This document shows, piece by piece, positions 38,940 through 47,622 of a stretch of DNA of 64,000 nt. The notes beneath the pieces are model-generated. The model had not been told where the DNA came from. It saw only the letters and a list, made by a program, of their open reading frames with translations, and ran no database searches. The DNA lies in the NCBI GenBank assembly GCA_034211175.1, contig JAXHUH010000073.1, positions 1-64,000 of the forward strand. Direction: 5' to 3'. The stretch's first letter is position 1, and every line of letters begins with the position of its first letter. A program made the translations under genes and the position numbers. The DNA is from Actinomycetota bacterium (GTDB taxonomy: Bacteria; Actinomycetota; Acidimicrobiia; Acidimicrobiales; CAIXPF01).

Positions 38940-40184
38940 ATGGTTGCGACGAACCACCCGCCCACGAACGATCGGGTCCGAAACGACCGGCTCCCGAACG
39001 ACCGGATCACGCGCCACGGCGACCGTGTCCCCGCGGCCGGTCCCGCGCCCGGTGATGGGCCCTCGTTGCGCATCGGCCCGCTGGTGGTCGACCCGCCGGT
39101 GGTGCTCGCCCCGATGGCCGGCGTGACCAACGCGCCGTTCCGGACGTTGTGCCGGCGCTTCGGGGCCGGGCTGTACGTGAGCGAGATGGTGACCGCCCGC
39201 GGCCTCGTCGAGGGCAACGACAAGACCAAGCGCATCGGCGAGTTCTGGCCCGGGGAATCACCCCGGAGCATCCAGATCTACGGCGTCGACCCGATCGTCG
39301 TCGGCGAGGCCGTGCGCCGTCTCGTCGCCCCCGACGACCCGGCGGCCGCGGTCGACCACGTCGACCTCAACTTCGGCTGCCCGGCCACGAAGGTGACCCG
39401 CAAGGGCGGCGGCGCCGCGCTGCCGGTGCGGCGCCACCTGCTCCGGGCGATCATCCGGGCCGCGGTCACCGCCGCCGGTGACGTGCCGGTCACCGCCAAG
39501 TTCCGCACCGGCGTCGACGAGGAGCTGCTGACCTACGTCGAGTCGGGCCGCATCGCCCAGGACGAGGGCTGCGCCGCCGTTGCGCTCCACGGCCGCACCG
39601 CCGCCCAGCTCTACAGCGGTCGCGCCGACTGGTCCGCCATCGCCAGGTTCAAGGAGGCGGTCACCGAGGTCCCCGTCCTCGGCAACGGCGACATCTGGGA
39701 GGCGTCCGATGCGCTGCGCATGGTCGCCGAGACCGGCTGCGACGGCGTCGTCGTCGGGCGCGGCTGCCTCGGCCGCCCGTGGCTGTTCGGCCAGCTCGCC
39801 GCGGCGTTCGCCGGCGAGGAGGTCGAGCCGATGCCCCGCCTCGGGCCGGTGGTCGACACGCTGATCGAGCACGCCGACCTGCTCGTCGAGTGGATGGGCC
39901 ACGACCGGGCCATGCGCGACGTGCGCAAGCACATCGCCTGGTACACGAAGGGCTACCCGATCACCGGTGAGGTTCGCCGCCGGCTCATGGAGGTCACGCG
40001 GCGCGACGAGCTGGTCGAGCTGCTCGCCACGCTCGACCGGACCGTGACCGTCGATCCGAACTCGATCCGCGCGCCGCGGGCGAAGCGCAGCGGCCGCCAG
40101 AAGGTGACGCTGCCCCACCGTTGGGTCGAGGACCGCGACGACCCGACCCCGCTCGAGTCCGACCTGGTCGTCTCCGGCGGCTGA
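38940..40184 (+). CDS. dus: tRNA-dihydrouridine synthase
   Basis: LAPMAGVTNAPFR, DLNFGCP, HGRTAAQ and GNGDI motifs. Long C-terminal tail. ATG 38940 chosen. Confidence 0.85.
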   Translation: MVATNHPPTNDRVRNDRLPNDRITRHGDRVPAAGPAPGDGPSLRIGPLVVDPPVVLAPMAGVTNAPFRTLCRRFGAGLYVSEMVTARGLVEGNDKTKRIGEFWPGESPRSIQIYGVDPIVVGEAVRRLVAPDDPAAAVDHVDLNFGCPATKVTRKGGGAALPVRRHLLRAIIRAAVTAAGDVPVTAKFRTGVDEELLTYVESGRIAQDEGCAAVALHGRTAAQLYSGRADWSAIARFKEAVTEVPVLGNGDIWEASDALRMVAETGCDGVVVGRGCLGRPWLFGQLAAAFAGEEVEPMPRLGPVVDTLIEHADLLVEWMGHDRAMRDVRKHIAWYTKGYPITGEVRRRLMEVTRRDELVELLATLDRTVTVDPNSIRAPRAKRSGRQKVTLPHRWVEDRDDPTPLESDLVVSGG

Positions 40185-40389
40185 CCGGCCGGGCGCGTCG
40201 TCGCCCGTCCCGTGGGTCGGCCACCGGGTCGACGCGGGCTCCGTGGGGTGACACCGCCGCCGTTCAGGGTGGTCGTCGCTGGTCGCAGGGGTACCGTGGG
40301 TCGGGCGGGCGTCGGGCGGAACGGGCCGGCGGCGATGCCTGCGGCCCGGACGACACTGGCGGAGCGGGCATGGCGAAAGGCCGAGGCGG

Positions 40390-41217
40390 ATGACGGTTCC
40401 GGCGGACGGAGGTCTGTCCAAGAAGGGCGGCCCGAGGGCGTGGTGGGCGGTAGGTGCCGCTGCGGTGCTGGTCGCCGCGGTGATCATCGGCACCCTGGTG
40501 CTGACCGACGACGACGACAAGGAGATCGTGGCGTCGGACCAGTCGACGACGTCGAGCTCCACCAGCTCGACCTCGTCGTCGAGCACGAGCTCGACGAGCG
40601 TCGCGGACACCTCGACGACGGTCCCGGCCGACACGACCACCTCCCTGGACACGACCGACACGACCGGAGCCGAGCTCGACACCTCCACCGTCGTGTTCCC
40701 CGACCCGGACACCGCCGAGCGCTTCGACGACCCGGTCGCCGCGACGCAGGCGTTCGCCACCGGGGTCATCGGCTTCACCGACCCGGTCCTCGGCGCGTAC
40801 GTCGCCGGGCCCGACAGCGCCGGCGTGGTCGAGGTCCGTCCCGCGGCCGACGGCCCGGTCACCACGGTGTCGATCGTCGAGCTCGCAGACGGCAACTGGT
40901 GGGTCCAGCAGGCGACGACCGAGAACATCGTCCTCGACGAGCCGACGCCGGCGGCCACGATCACGTCGCCGGTCACCCTGGCCGGCTCGGCGCTCGCCTT
41001 CGAGGGCACGGTCCAGGTCGCGCTGTGGGAGCGCGGCGGCGCCGCGCCGCTGGCCGAGACGTTCGTGACCGGCGGTGGCGACGCCATGGCCCCGTTCGAG
41101 GGCACGCTCGAGTTCCCGGCGCCGACCTCCACCGACGGCATGCTCGTCCTGTCGACGGAGTCCGCGGAGGACGGCTCGGTCCTCGAGGCGGTCGTCGTCA
41201 AGGTGGGCTTCGGCTGA
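40390..41217 (+). CDS. membrane-anchored Ser/Thr-rich protein with C-terminal Gmad2-like immunoglobulin-like domain
   Basis: N-terminal TM helix, an STS-rich low-complexity linker, and a C-terminal beta-rich domain (ITSPVTLAGSALAFEGTVQVALWE). Confidence 0.6.
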   Translation: MTVPADGGLSKKGGPRAWWAVGAAAVLVAAVIIGTLVLTDDDDKEIVASDQSTTSSSTSSTSSSSTSSTSVADTSTTVPADTTTSLDTTDTTGAELDTSTVVFPDPDTAERFDDPVAATQAFATGVIGFTDPVLGAYVAGPDSAGVVEVRPAADGPVTTVSIVELADGNWWVQQATTENIVLDEPTPAATITSPVTLAGSALAFEGTVQVALWERGGAAPLAETFVTGGGDAMAPFEGTLEFPAPTSTDGMLVLSTESAEDGSVLEAVVVKVGFG

Positions 41218-41330
41218 GCGGCCGTGCTCGCCGTCGACGACGTCGCACATCGTGATGACCAGCGGTGTTACGCGCGCATCGCGGTCACGTTGCCCCGTGG
41301 AATCCGCCCGGCGGGCGGTACCGTCGAATT

Positions 41331-41924
41331 GTGCTCACGCTCAGTGACATAGGGGATCTGCAGTGGCTCGACCACACGGGTGAGGCGACGCTCGACGGCG
41401 ACCGACTCGTGCTGCGCGCCGGGCCGCGGACCGACTGGTTCTCGGACCCGTGCGGCGCGACCCGCCTGACGAGCGCACCGGCGCTCGTGCGCGAGGTGAC
41501 CGAGGACTTCATGCTCTCGGCCCGGGTCACGCCCGAGCTCGCCGAGACCTACGACGCCGGGGTGCTGTTCCTCCACCAGAACGAGGACAGCTGGGCCAAG
41601 CTGTGCCTCGAGCGGTCGCCGACGGGCCGGCCGACGATCGTCTCGGTCGTCACCCGGGGCCTCTCCGACGACTGCAACGGGCCCTCCTACGACATCGAGG
41701 CGGTGTGGTTGCGCATCGCCCGCCTCGGCGACGCCTATGCGTTCCACCACTCGCTCGACGGCGAGACGTGGGAGCTGACCCGGCTGTTCACGCTGGCCGA
41801 CCCGGAGTCGACGACCAGAGTCGGCTTCCTCGCCCAGACGCCGCTCGGCGCGGAGTCGACCACGGTGTTCGACGCGATCCGCTATCGCGCCGGCACCCTC
41901 GTCGACGTCCGCTCCGGCATCTGA
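41331..41924 (+). CDS. DUF1349 (concanavalin-like) domain protein
   Basis: 197 aa from GTG 41331. DUF1349-like segments (DWFSDP, AGVLFLHQNEDSWAKL). Confidence 0.65.
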   Translation: MLTLSDIGDLQWLDHTGEATLDGDRLVLRAGPRTDWFSDPCGATRLTSAPALVREVTEDFMLSARVTPELAETYDAGVLFLHQNEDSWAKLCLERSPTGRPTIVSVVTRGLSDDCNGPSYDIEAVWLRIARLGDAYAFHHSLDGETWELTRLFTLADPESTTRVGFLAQTPLGAESTTVFDAIRYRAGTLVDVRSGI

Positions 41925-42037
41925 TCCTCCGGCTCCTGCACCCGCCCGTTCTGGCCTGCGCCGGTCTCGTGAACGCCCTGGTGGCGTCGTGGGCCGTGTA
42001 GACCAGATCGGGCGAGCCTCGGCGGGCGTTCAGCGCA

Positions 42038-43072
42038 TCACGGCTCGACGAGCACCTTGAGGGCGCTGCGGTCGTCCATCGACCGGTAGCCGTCGGCCAC
42101 CTCGTCGAGGCCGACGGTGCGGTCGAAGACCCGTCCGGGCTGGACGGTGCCGTCGAGGACCGACGGGAGCAGCTCCTCGATGTAGGCCCGTGCCGGGCAC
42201 GGTCCGCCGGTGAGGGTGATGTTGTGGCCGAAGAGGCTGGCGAACCCGACGCCGGCCTCCTCGTACTGGGGCACGCCGACCCGGCTGATCACGCCGCCGG
42301 GCCGGACGACGCCGACCGCCTGCTCGTAGGCCGGCATGTGGCCGACCGCCTCCAGCACGGTGTGGGTGCCGTCGCCGCCGGTCAGCTCACGGACCTTCTC
42401 GATGCCCTCCTCGCCGCGCTCGGCGACCACGTCGGTGGCGCCGAACGCACGGCCGAGGTCGGTGCGGTCGGTGTGGCGGCCCATGAGGATGATCCGCTCG
42501 GCGCCCAGGCGCTTCGCGCTCAGCACGGCGAGCAGTCCGACGGCGCCGTCACCGATCACGGTGACGGTGGTGTCCGGCCCGACACCGGCGCGGACCGCGG
42601 CGTGGTGGCCGGTCGGGTACACGTCGGACAGCGTGAGCAGCGACGGGAACAGCGCCGGATCGGCGGACGGGGTCTTCACGAGGGTGCCATCGGCGAACGG
42701 GACGCGGATCGCCTCGGCCTGGGCCCCACCGGCGCCGCCCGCGGCCCAGAAGCCGCCGTGGCGACACGACGTGTGCAGCCCCTCGTGGCAGAACTCGCAG
42801 GTGCCGTCGGAGAAGGCGAACGGGGCGATCACGAAGTCGCCGGCCTTCACGGTCGACACGTCGCTGCCGGTCTCCTCGACGACGCCGATGAACTCGTGGC
42901 CCATCGGGACGCCCGGCCCGTCCGCCGGCATCGAGTGGTAGGGGTGCAGGTCGCTGCCGCAGACGCAGGCCCGCACGATCCGCACCAGCGCGTCGGTCGC
43001 CAGCTCCAGCTTCGGGTCGGGGACGTCCTCGACACGGACGTCGCCGGCGCCGTACATCAGGGTTGCTCGCAT
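42038..43072 (-). CDS. zinc-dependent alcohol dehydrogenase family protein
   Basis: Zn ligands CGSDLH and GHEFIGVV. Structural zinc CxxC…C (CEFCHEGLHTSC). Rossmann motif VIGDGAVGLLAV. Confidence 0.85.
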   Translation of the reverse strand: MRATLMYGAGDVRVEDVPDPKLELATDALVRIVRACVCGSDLHPYHSMPADGPGVPMGHEFIGVVEETGSDVSTVKAGDFVIAPFAFSDGTCEFCHEGLHTSCRHGGFWAAGGAGGAQAEAIRVPFADGTLVKTPSADPALFPSLLTLSDVYPTGHHAAVRAGVGPDTTVTVIGDGAVGLLAVLSAKRLGAERIILMGRHTDRTDLGRAFGATDVVAERGEEGIEKVRELTGGDGTHTVLEAVGHMPAYEQAVGVVRPGGVISRVGVPQYEEAGVGFASLFGHNITLTGGPCPARAYIEELLPSVLDGTVQPGRVFDRTVGLDEVADGYRSMDDRSALKVLVEP

Positions 43073-43251
43073 GGGAGGGGTTCGCCTCTTCGGTCTCGCG
43101 TTCGGGTCGCGTCACGATCGGGTGCGGTGCGCGGGGATCGGACGCCGTGCCCCCCACCTTCGGGCCGGCGGGGCGTCGCGGGAAGGTCACGTCGATACAG
43201 GTACTGCCAGTGCCTCCCGCTCCGGCACCGACCGTTCGTACCCTCGGAGAC

Positions 43252-44136
43252 GTGACGACGAACGACGAGGTGAAGGACTTCCTCTCGAGCCGTCGGGCCC
43301 GCATCACGCCCGACGAGGCCGGGCTGCCGACCTACGGGGGGAACCGGCGGGTCCCGGGGCTGCGCCGGGAGGAGGTCGCGCTGCTCGCCGGTGTCAGCGT
43401 CGACTACTACACGAAGCTCGAGCGGGGGAACCTCAAGGGCGCATCGGAGGAGGTGCTCGAGTCGCTCGTGCGGGCGCTCCAGCTCGACGAGGCCGAGCGG
43501 GCCCACCTGTTCGACCTGGCCCGCGCCGCGAGCGCCGCCCCGGCCCGCCGGACCCGGCGACGCGCGGCCGAGGAGAAGGTCCGCCCCGCCGTCCAGCGCG
43601 TGCTCGACTCGTTGATCGGCGCGCCGGCGTTCGTGGTCAACGGCCGCCTCGAGATCCTGGCCGCCAACCGCCTCGGCGAGGCGTTCTACTCGGACATGTA
43701 CGACACGGTGGCCCTGCCGGTGAACACCGCACGGTTCACCTTCCTCGACCCCCGGGCCACGGAGTTCTTCGTCGACTGGGACCGCATCGCCGACGACGCC
43801 GTCGGCATCCTCCGCACGGCCGCCGGCCGCGACCCGTTCGACCGGCGACTGTCCGACCTGATCGGCGAGCTGTCGACCCGCAGCGAGGACTTCCGCACCC
43901 GTTGGGCGGCCCATCCGGTGAACCTCCACCGCACCGGTGTGAAGCACTTCCGCCACCCGCTGGTCGGTGAGCTCACGCTCGGCTTCGAGTCGCTCGACCT
44001 CAGCGGCGACCCCGGCCAGAAGCTGCTCGTGTACACCGCCGAGCCGGCGTCGCCGTCCCAGGAGGCGCTGAACCTGCTCGCCAGCTGGGCGTCCACGCCT
44101 GAAGCCCTCCCCGACGGGGCCCGCCGGTCCGGCTGA
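43252..44136 (+). CDS. MmyB-like HTH transcriptional regulator (XRE-type HTH + MmyB ligand-binding domain)
   Basis: HTH (GLRREEVALLAGVSVDYYTKLERG) and MmyB-like C-terminal domain. Divergent from the ADH gene. GTG start at 43252 assumed. Confidence 0.75.
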   Translation: MTTNDEVKDFLSSRRARITPDEAGLPTYGGNRRVPGLRREEVALLAGVSVDYYTKLERGNLKGASEEVLESLVRALQLDEAERAHLFDLARAASAAPARRTRRRAAEEKVRPAVQRVLDSLIGAPAFVVNGRLEILAANRLGEAFYSDMYDTVALPVNTARFTFLDPRATEFFVDWDRIADDAVGILRTAAGRDPFDRRLSDLIGELSTRSEDFRTRWAAHPVNLHRTGVKHFRHPLVGELTLGFESLDLSGDPGQKLLVYTAEPASPSQEALNLLASWASTPEALPDGARRSG

Positions 44137-44175
44137 TCGGCCGATCGTCAGGCGCCCCACCAGCGTCGCCGGGCG

Positions 44176-45009
44176 ATGGTCCTCGGCGTCGAGGAACCGC
44201 CGGCCGAGGCCGACATCGACCGCTGGGCCGACGCCGCGGTCACGACGTTCCTGCCGCCTACGGCCCCCGATAGCGGCGAACCCGCCGGAACTCGTCGGGT
44301 CGACGGCGGGTGGGCGTGGCAGGGTCGGGGCGTGGACAACGTGCGGCGTCGTCGACTGGTCACCGAAGCGCTCGACGGGTACGCGGCCGGGCCCGACGCA
44401 ACGGTCGCGGCCACGGCCGACGCACTGGACCGGGCGGCATCGGCCCGGGCCGTGGTGCTCGTCGAGGGGATCAGCGACCAGATGGCGCTCGAGGAGCTGG
44501 CGCGGTGCCAGGGCCGGGACCTCGGCGCCGAGCGGCTCGTCGTCGTGCCCATCGGCGGCGCGCAGGCGTTCGCCCGCGAGCTGCGCCGGTTCGGGCCGGG
44601 CGGCGCCGGCGTGATCGTCGCCGGGCTGTACGACGCCGGCGAGGAGGAGGTCGTCCGCCGGGCGATCGCCACCGCCGGGCTCGGTGCGCCCGTCACCCGG
44701 CACGAGCTGGAGGAGCTCGGGTTCTTCGTGTGCGTGAAGGACCTCGAGGACGAGCTGATCCGGGCCGCCGGTGCCGCGACGATCGAGGAGCTCCTGGCGT
44801 CCCAGGGCGACCTCGGCTCGTTCCGGACGCTCCAGAAGCAACAGGTCTGGCGGGGCCGGCCCTTCGACGAGCAGTTCCACCGGTGGCTGCGGGCCGGCGC
44901 CCGCCGCAACCTGCGCTACGCCCGCCTGCTCGTCCGGTCGCTGCCGCCCGACCGGGTCCCCCGACCGCTCACGGCCACCCTCGGCGCCATCCCGAACCAC
45001 CCCGGGTGA
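44176..45009 (+). CDS. hypothetical protein with Toprim-like (OLD/AriB-type) C-terminal domain; no ATPase partner nearby
   Basis: AVVLVEGISDQMALEELA … LVVVPIGGAQAF … FFVCVKDLEDELI follows Toprim motif order. The DxD motif appears degenerate (LYDAGEEE). Confidence 0.5.
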   Translation: MVLGVEEPPAEADIDRWADAAVTTFLPPTAPDSGEPAGTRRVDGGWAWQGRGVDNVRRRRLVTEALDGYAAGPDATVAATADALDRAASARAVVLVEGISDQMALEELARCQGRDLGAERLVVVPIGGAQAFARELRRFGPGGAGVIVAGLYDAGEEEVVRRAIATAGLGAPVTRHELEELGFFVCVKDLEDELIRAAGAATIEELLASQGDLGSFRTLQKQQVWRGRPFDEQFHRWLRAGARRNLRYARLLVRSLPPDRVPRPLTATLGAIPNHPG

Positions 45010-45118
45010 CCACTCGACGACCCCAACGCCGTTCTGGTCTACCTGCGTCGTCGGCCGACCTGGGCGTTCGCGACCGGGTCGGTAGACCAGAACGGGCGGC
45101 TCGGAAGGGAAGGGCGGG

Positions 45119-46354
45119 TCAGAAGGGGGTGAGCTCGACGGTGAACGCCGTCGGCGCCGTGTCCTGGATGTAGGACGCGTGCTCGCAGACGTCGTCGAAG
45201 GCGAACCCGTAGGCCTTCCCGTCCACCGTGTGCTCGTGGAGGATGCGGGCGTAGTGGTTGGTGATCGGCGTGCCGTAGTAGGCGGCCGGGTCGGTCACCG
45301 GCTGGTCGGGCTGGCCGACGAGCGCCGACCGGTTCAGCCCGGCGGCGACGATGGCGGCCACCGGCCCGGACAGGCCGTCGTTGGGGGCGACCAGCGCGCC
45401 GTCGCAGAACAGCACGTCGCGGGTCGTCGGGCGGGCGATCGGCGTGACGCCGCCGTCGAAGGCGAGCGCATCACCCTGGACCCGGCCGGTGAACGTGCCG
45501 GCGTTGGTCGTTACCCGCAGGTCGGTGCCCTGGTAGGCCGCCCACACCTCGGCGACGTAGGGGTCGAGGTAGGTGGGCGAGAACCGGCCGGCATCGAGGC
45601 CGTGGCCGGGGGCGATCACCCGGACCCCGTCGACGACGAGGTCGGCAAAGCCCTCCTGGGCCGCGACGGCGGCGAAGATGGCGTCGCGGCCGCCGTCGAC
45701 CAGGCGGCCCGTCGTCTGTGACTGCGCACCCTCGAGCGTGATCGCCATCGGCACGCTGAGCATGTCGACCATCGTCGTGTTGGTGAACATGCCGGCGTCG
45801 TTGTGGGTGAACTCGACGCAGTCGTGGAGGACGGCGTAGTTCGGGTCGCCCTCGACCCAGCCCGCGGGGTAGGCGAACGCCGCGTTGCCGTTGCCGTCGG
45901 TGACGACCTTCATCTTCAGCGTGTCGTCCAGCGCCACGTAGATGCGCCCCGACATGTGGGGCAGCGCGAGCGCGGTGGCGCCGCTCGTCGAGAACGGGAT
46001 GGCGATCTGCGCGTTGCCGTCGCCGTCGACCGGGGCCTCGGCCACCGGGTGGGGGTTGCCGGCGGCGTCGAGGTAGACCTGACCGCCGGTGGTCAGGTCG
46101 GTGCCGACCACGCACAGGCTGATCTGACCGCTGGCGAACCGGCCGGTGTTGTTGACCACGCTGACCGGCAGCGTGCCCGCCGCCGCCGTGGGGCCGGCGG
46201 TGGTCGACGTGGTCGGCCCGGTCGTGGTCGAGGTCGTCGGGTCGGCCGGTGAGGCCGGGCCGTCGGGGGAGCCGGACAGCGGTCCGCACCCGGCCACGGC
46301 GCCCAGGGCGAGGGCCCCGGCGGCACTGCTCAGGAAGTTCCTTCGGCTCAGCAC
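45119..46354 (-). CDS. glycoside hydrolase family 64 (beta-1,3-glucanase-like) with Tat signal and Thr/Pro linker
   Basis: GTG start. Tat motif SRRNFLSSAAGALALGA, a lipobox-like AGC, and a GH64-like body. Confidence 0.8.
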   Translation of the reverse strand: MLSRRNFLSSAAGALALGAVAGCGPLSGSPDGPASPADPTTSTTTGPTTSTTAGPTAAAGTLPVSVVNNTGRFASGQISLCVVGTDLTTGGQVYLDAAGNPHPVAEAPVDGDGNAQIAIPFSTSGATALALPHMSGRIYVALDDTLKMKVVTDGNGNAAFAYPAGWVEGDPNYAVLHDCVEFTHNDAGMFTNTTMVDMLSVPMAITLEGAQSQTTGRLVDGGRDAIFAAVAAQEGFADLVVDGVRVIAPGHGLDAGRFSPTYLDPYVAEVWAAYQGTDLRVTTNAGTFTGRVQGDALAFDGGVTPIARPTTRDVLFCDGALVAPNDGLSGPVAAIVAAGLNRSALVGQPDQPVTDPAAYYGTPITNHYARILHEHTVDGKAYGFAFDDVCEHASYIQDTAPTAFTVELTPF

Positions 46355-46420
46355 GGCATCACTCCAGTCCTCGTCGCCCGCTGGCAGCGCGGAACATTGC
46401 GGCCGTGTGATGGTTGCATG

Positions 46421-46466
46421 ACGAACGTGTTGCGAAAACCGGTTCGTTGCGAAGGTGAACGAACAC
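46421..46466. promoter_or_regulatory. repeat-rich lower-GC element upstream of the GH64 gene (GTTGCGAA direct repeats flanking palindrome AACCGGTT; outer CGAACG repeats)
   Basis: Read directly in the 217-bp gap between the GH64 start and the meaB stop. Confidence 0.3.
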
Positions 46467-46571
46467 TGCGCCGGTCACCGAGGCGACTGCGCTGGTCCGT
46501 GCGTGACGATGCCTCGGTTGACGAGGTCTCAGGACCTCACCGGGTTCCCGGGGTCCGAGGGCGTGGCCGCC

Positions 46572-47582
46572 TCAGTCGTTCGGGCGGGTGTCGCCGAGGC
46601 CGAACGCCCCGAGGAGGCGGCGGGTGGCGAGGGTCGGCGTCGTCGAGCCGTCCCGGACCGCGGCCTCGACCTCGCCGAGCACGTCGCGGACGGCCGGCGT
46701 CGAGCGGAACGCGGTCATCAACCGGTCCTCGAGCATCGACCACATCCAGCGGACCCGCTGGTCCCGGCGCCGCTCGTCCCACTCGCCGGAGTCGGTGAGG
46801 AGCTTGCGGTGGCGTTCGATCTGGTCCCAGATCGTGTCGAGGCCCATGGGTGTGACCGCCGAGCAGGTCACCACCGGCGGCGTCCACGACGCACTCGCCG
46901 GCGTCATCAGCCGCAGGGCGTTCTGGTACGAGCGGGCGGCCCGACGGGCGGGGAGGTCGTTGTTGCCGTCCGCCTTGTTCACCGCAATGAGGTCGGCCAT
47001 CTCCAGCAGGCCCTTCTTGATGCCCTGCAGCTCGTCGCCCGCCCCGGCCAGCATCAGCACGCAGAAGAAGTCGACCATCTCGGCGACGACCGTCTCGCTC
47101 TGGCCCACGCCGACCGTCTCGACCAGCACGACGTCGTGGCCGGCGGCCTCGACGACGACGATCGTCTCCCGGGTCCGTCGGGTGACCCCGCCGAGCGTGC
47201 CGGAGCTGGGGGAGGGGCGGATGAACGCCGACGGGTCGACGGCCAGGCGCTCCATGCGGGTCTTGTCGCCGAGGATCGAGCCGCCGGTGCGCGAGCTCGT
47301 CGGATCGACGGCGAGCACCGCGACCCGATGGCCGCCTTCGGTGAGCATCGTCCCGAACGCGTCGATGAACGTCGACTTGCCGACGCCGGGCACGCCGGTG
47401 ATGCCGATGCGGTGCGAGTCGCCGGCATGGGGCTGGAGCCGCACGAGCAGCTCCTGGGCCAGCTCGGCGTGGCGTTCGCTGCGCGACTCGACGAGCGTGA
47501 TCGCCCGCGCCACGAGCGCGCGCTCGCCGGCCAGGACGCCGTCGACGAGCGTGTCGAGATCGGGGAGGCGGCCGGCCATCAA
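46572..47582 (-). CDS. meaB: methylmalonyl-CoA mutase-associated GTPase
   Basis: G1 motif GVPGVGKST, G3 motif ETVGVGQSE, and NKAD. Confidence 0.92.
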   Translation of the reverse strand: MMAGRLPDLDTLVDGVLAGERALVARAITLVESRSERHAELAQELLVRLQPHAGDSHRIGITGVPGVGKSTFIDAFGTMLTEGGHRVAVLAVDPTSSRTGGSILGDKTRMERLAVDPSAFIRPSPSSGTLGGVTRRTRETIVVVEAAGHDVVLVETVGVGQSETVVAEMVDFFCVLMLAGAGDELQGIKKGLLEMADLIAVNKADGNNDLPARRAARSYQNALRLMTPASASWTPPVVTCSAVTPMGLDTIWDQIERHRKLLTDSGEWDERRRDQRVRWMWSMLEDRLMTAFRSTPAVRDVLGEVEAAVRDGSTTPTLATRRLLGAFGLGDTRPND

Positions 47583-47622
47583 CCGGCGCGCGACGAGGTG
47601 GGCATCTCCTCGGCCGCGCCCC

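Noticed and set aside
39258-41201. 647-aa minus-strand ORF spanning dus and the Gmad2-like gene
   Set aside because: Composition dominated by S/T/A/V/P with no motifs. Both overlapped plus-strand genes are well supported.
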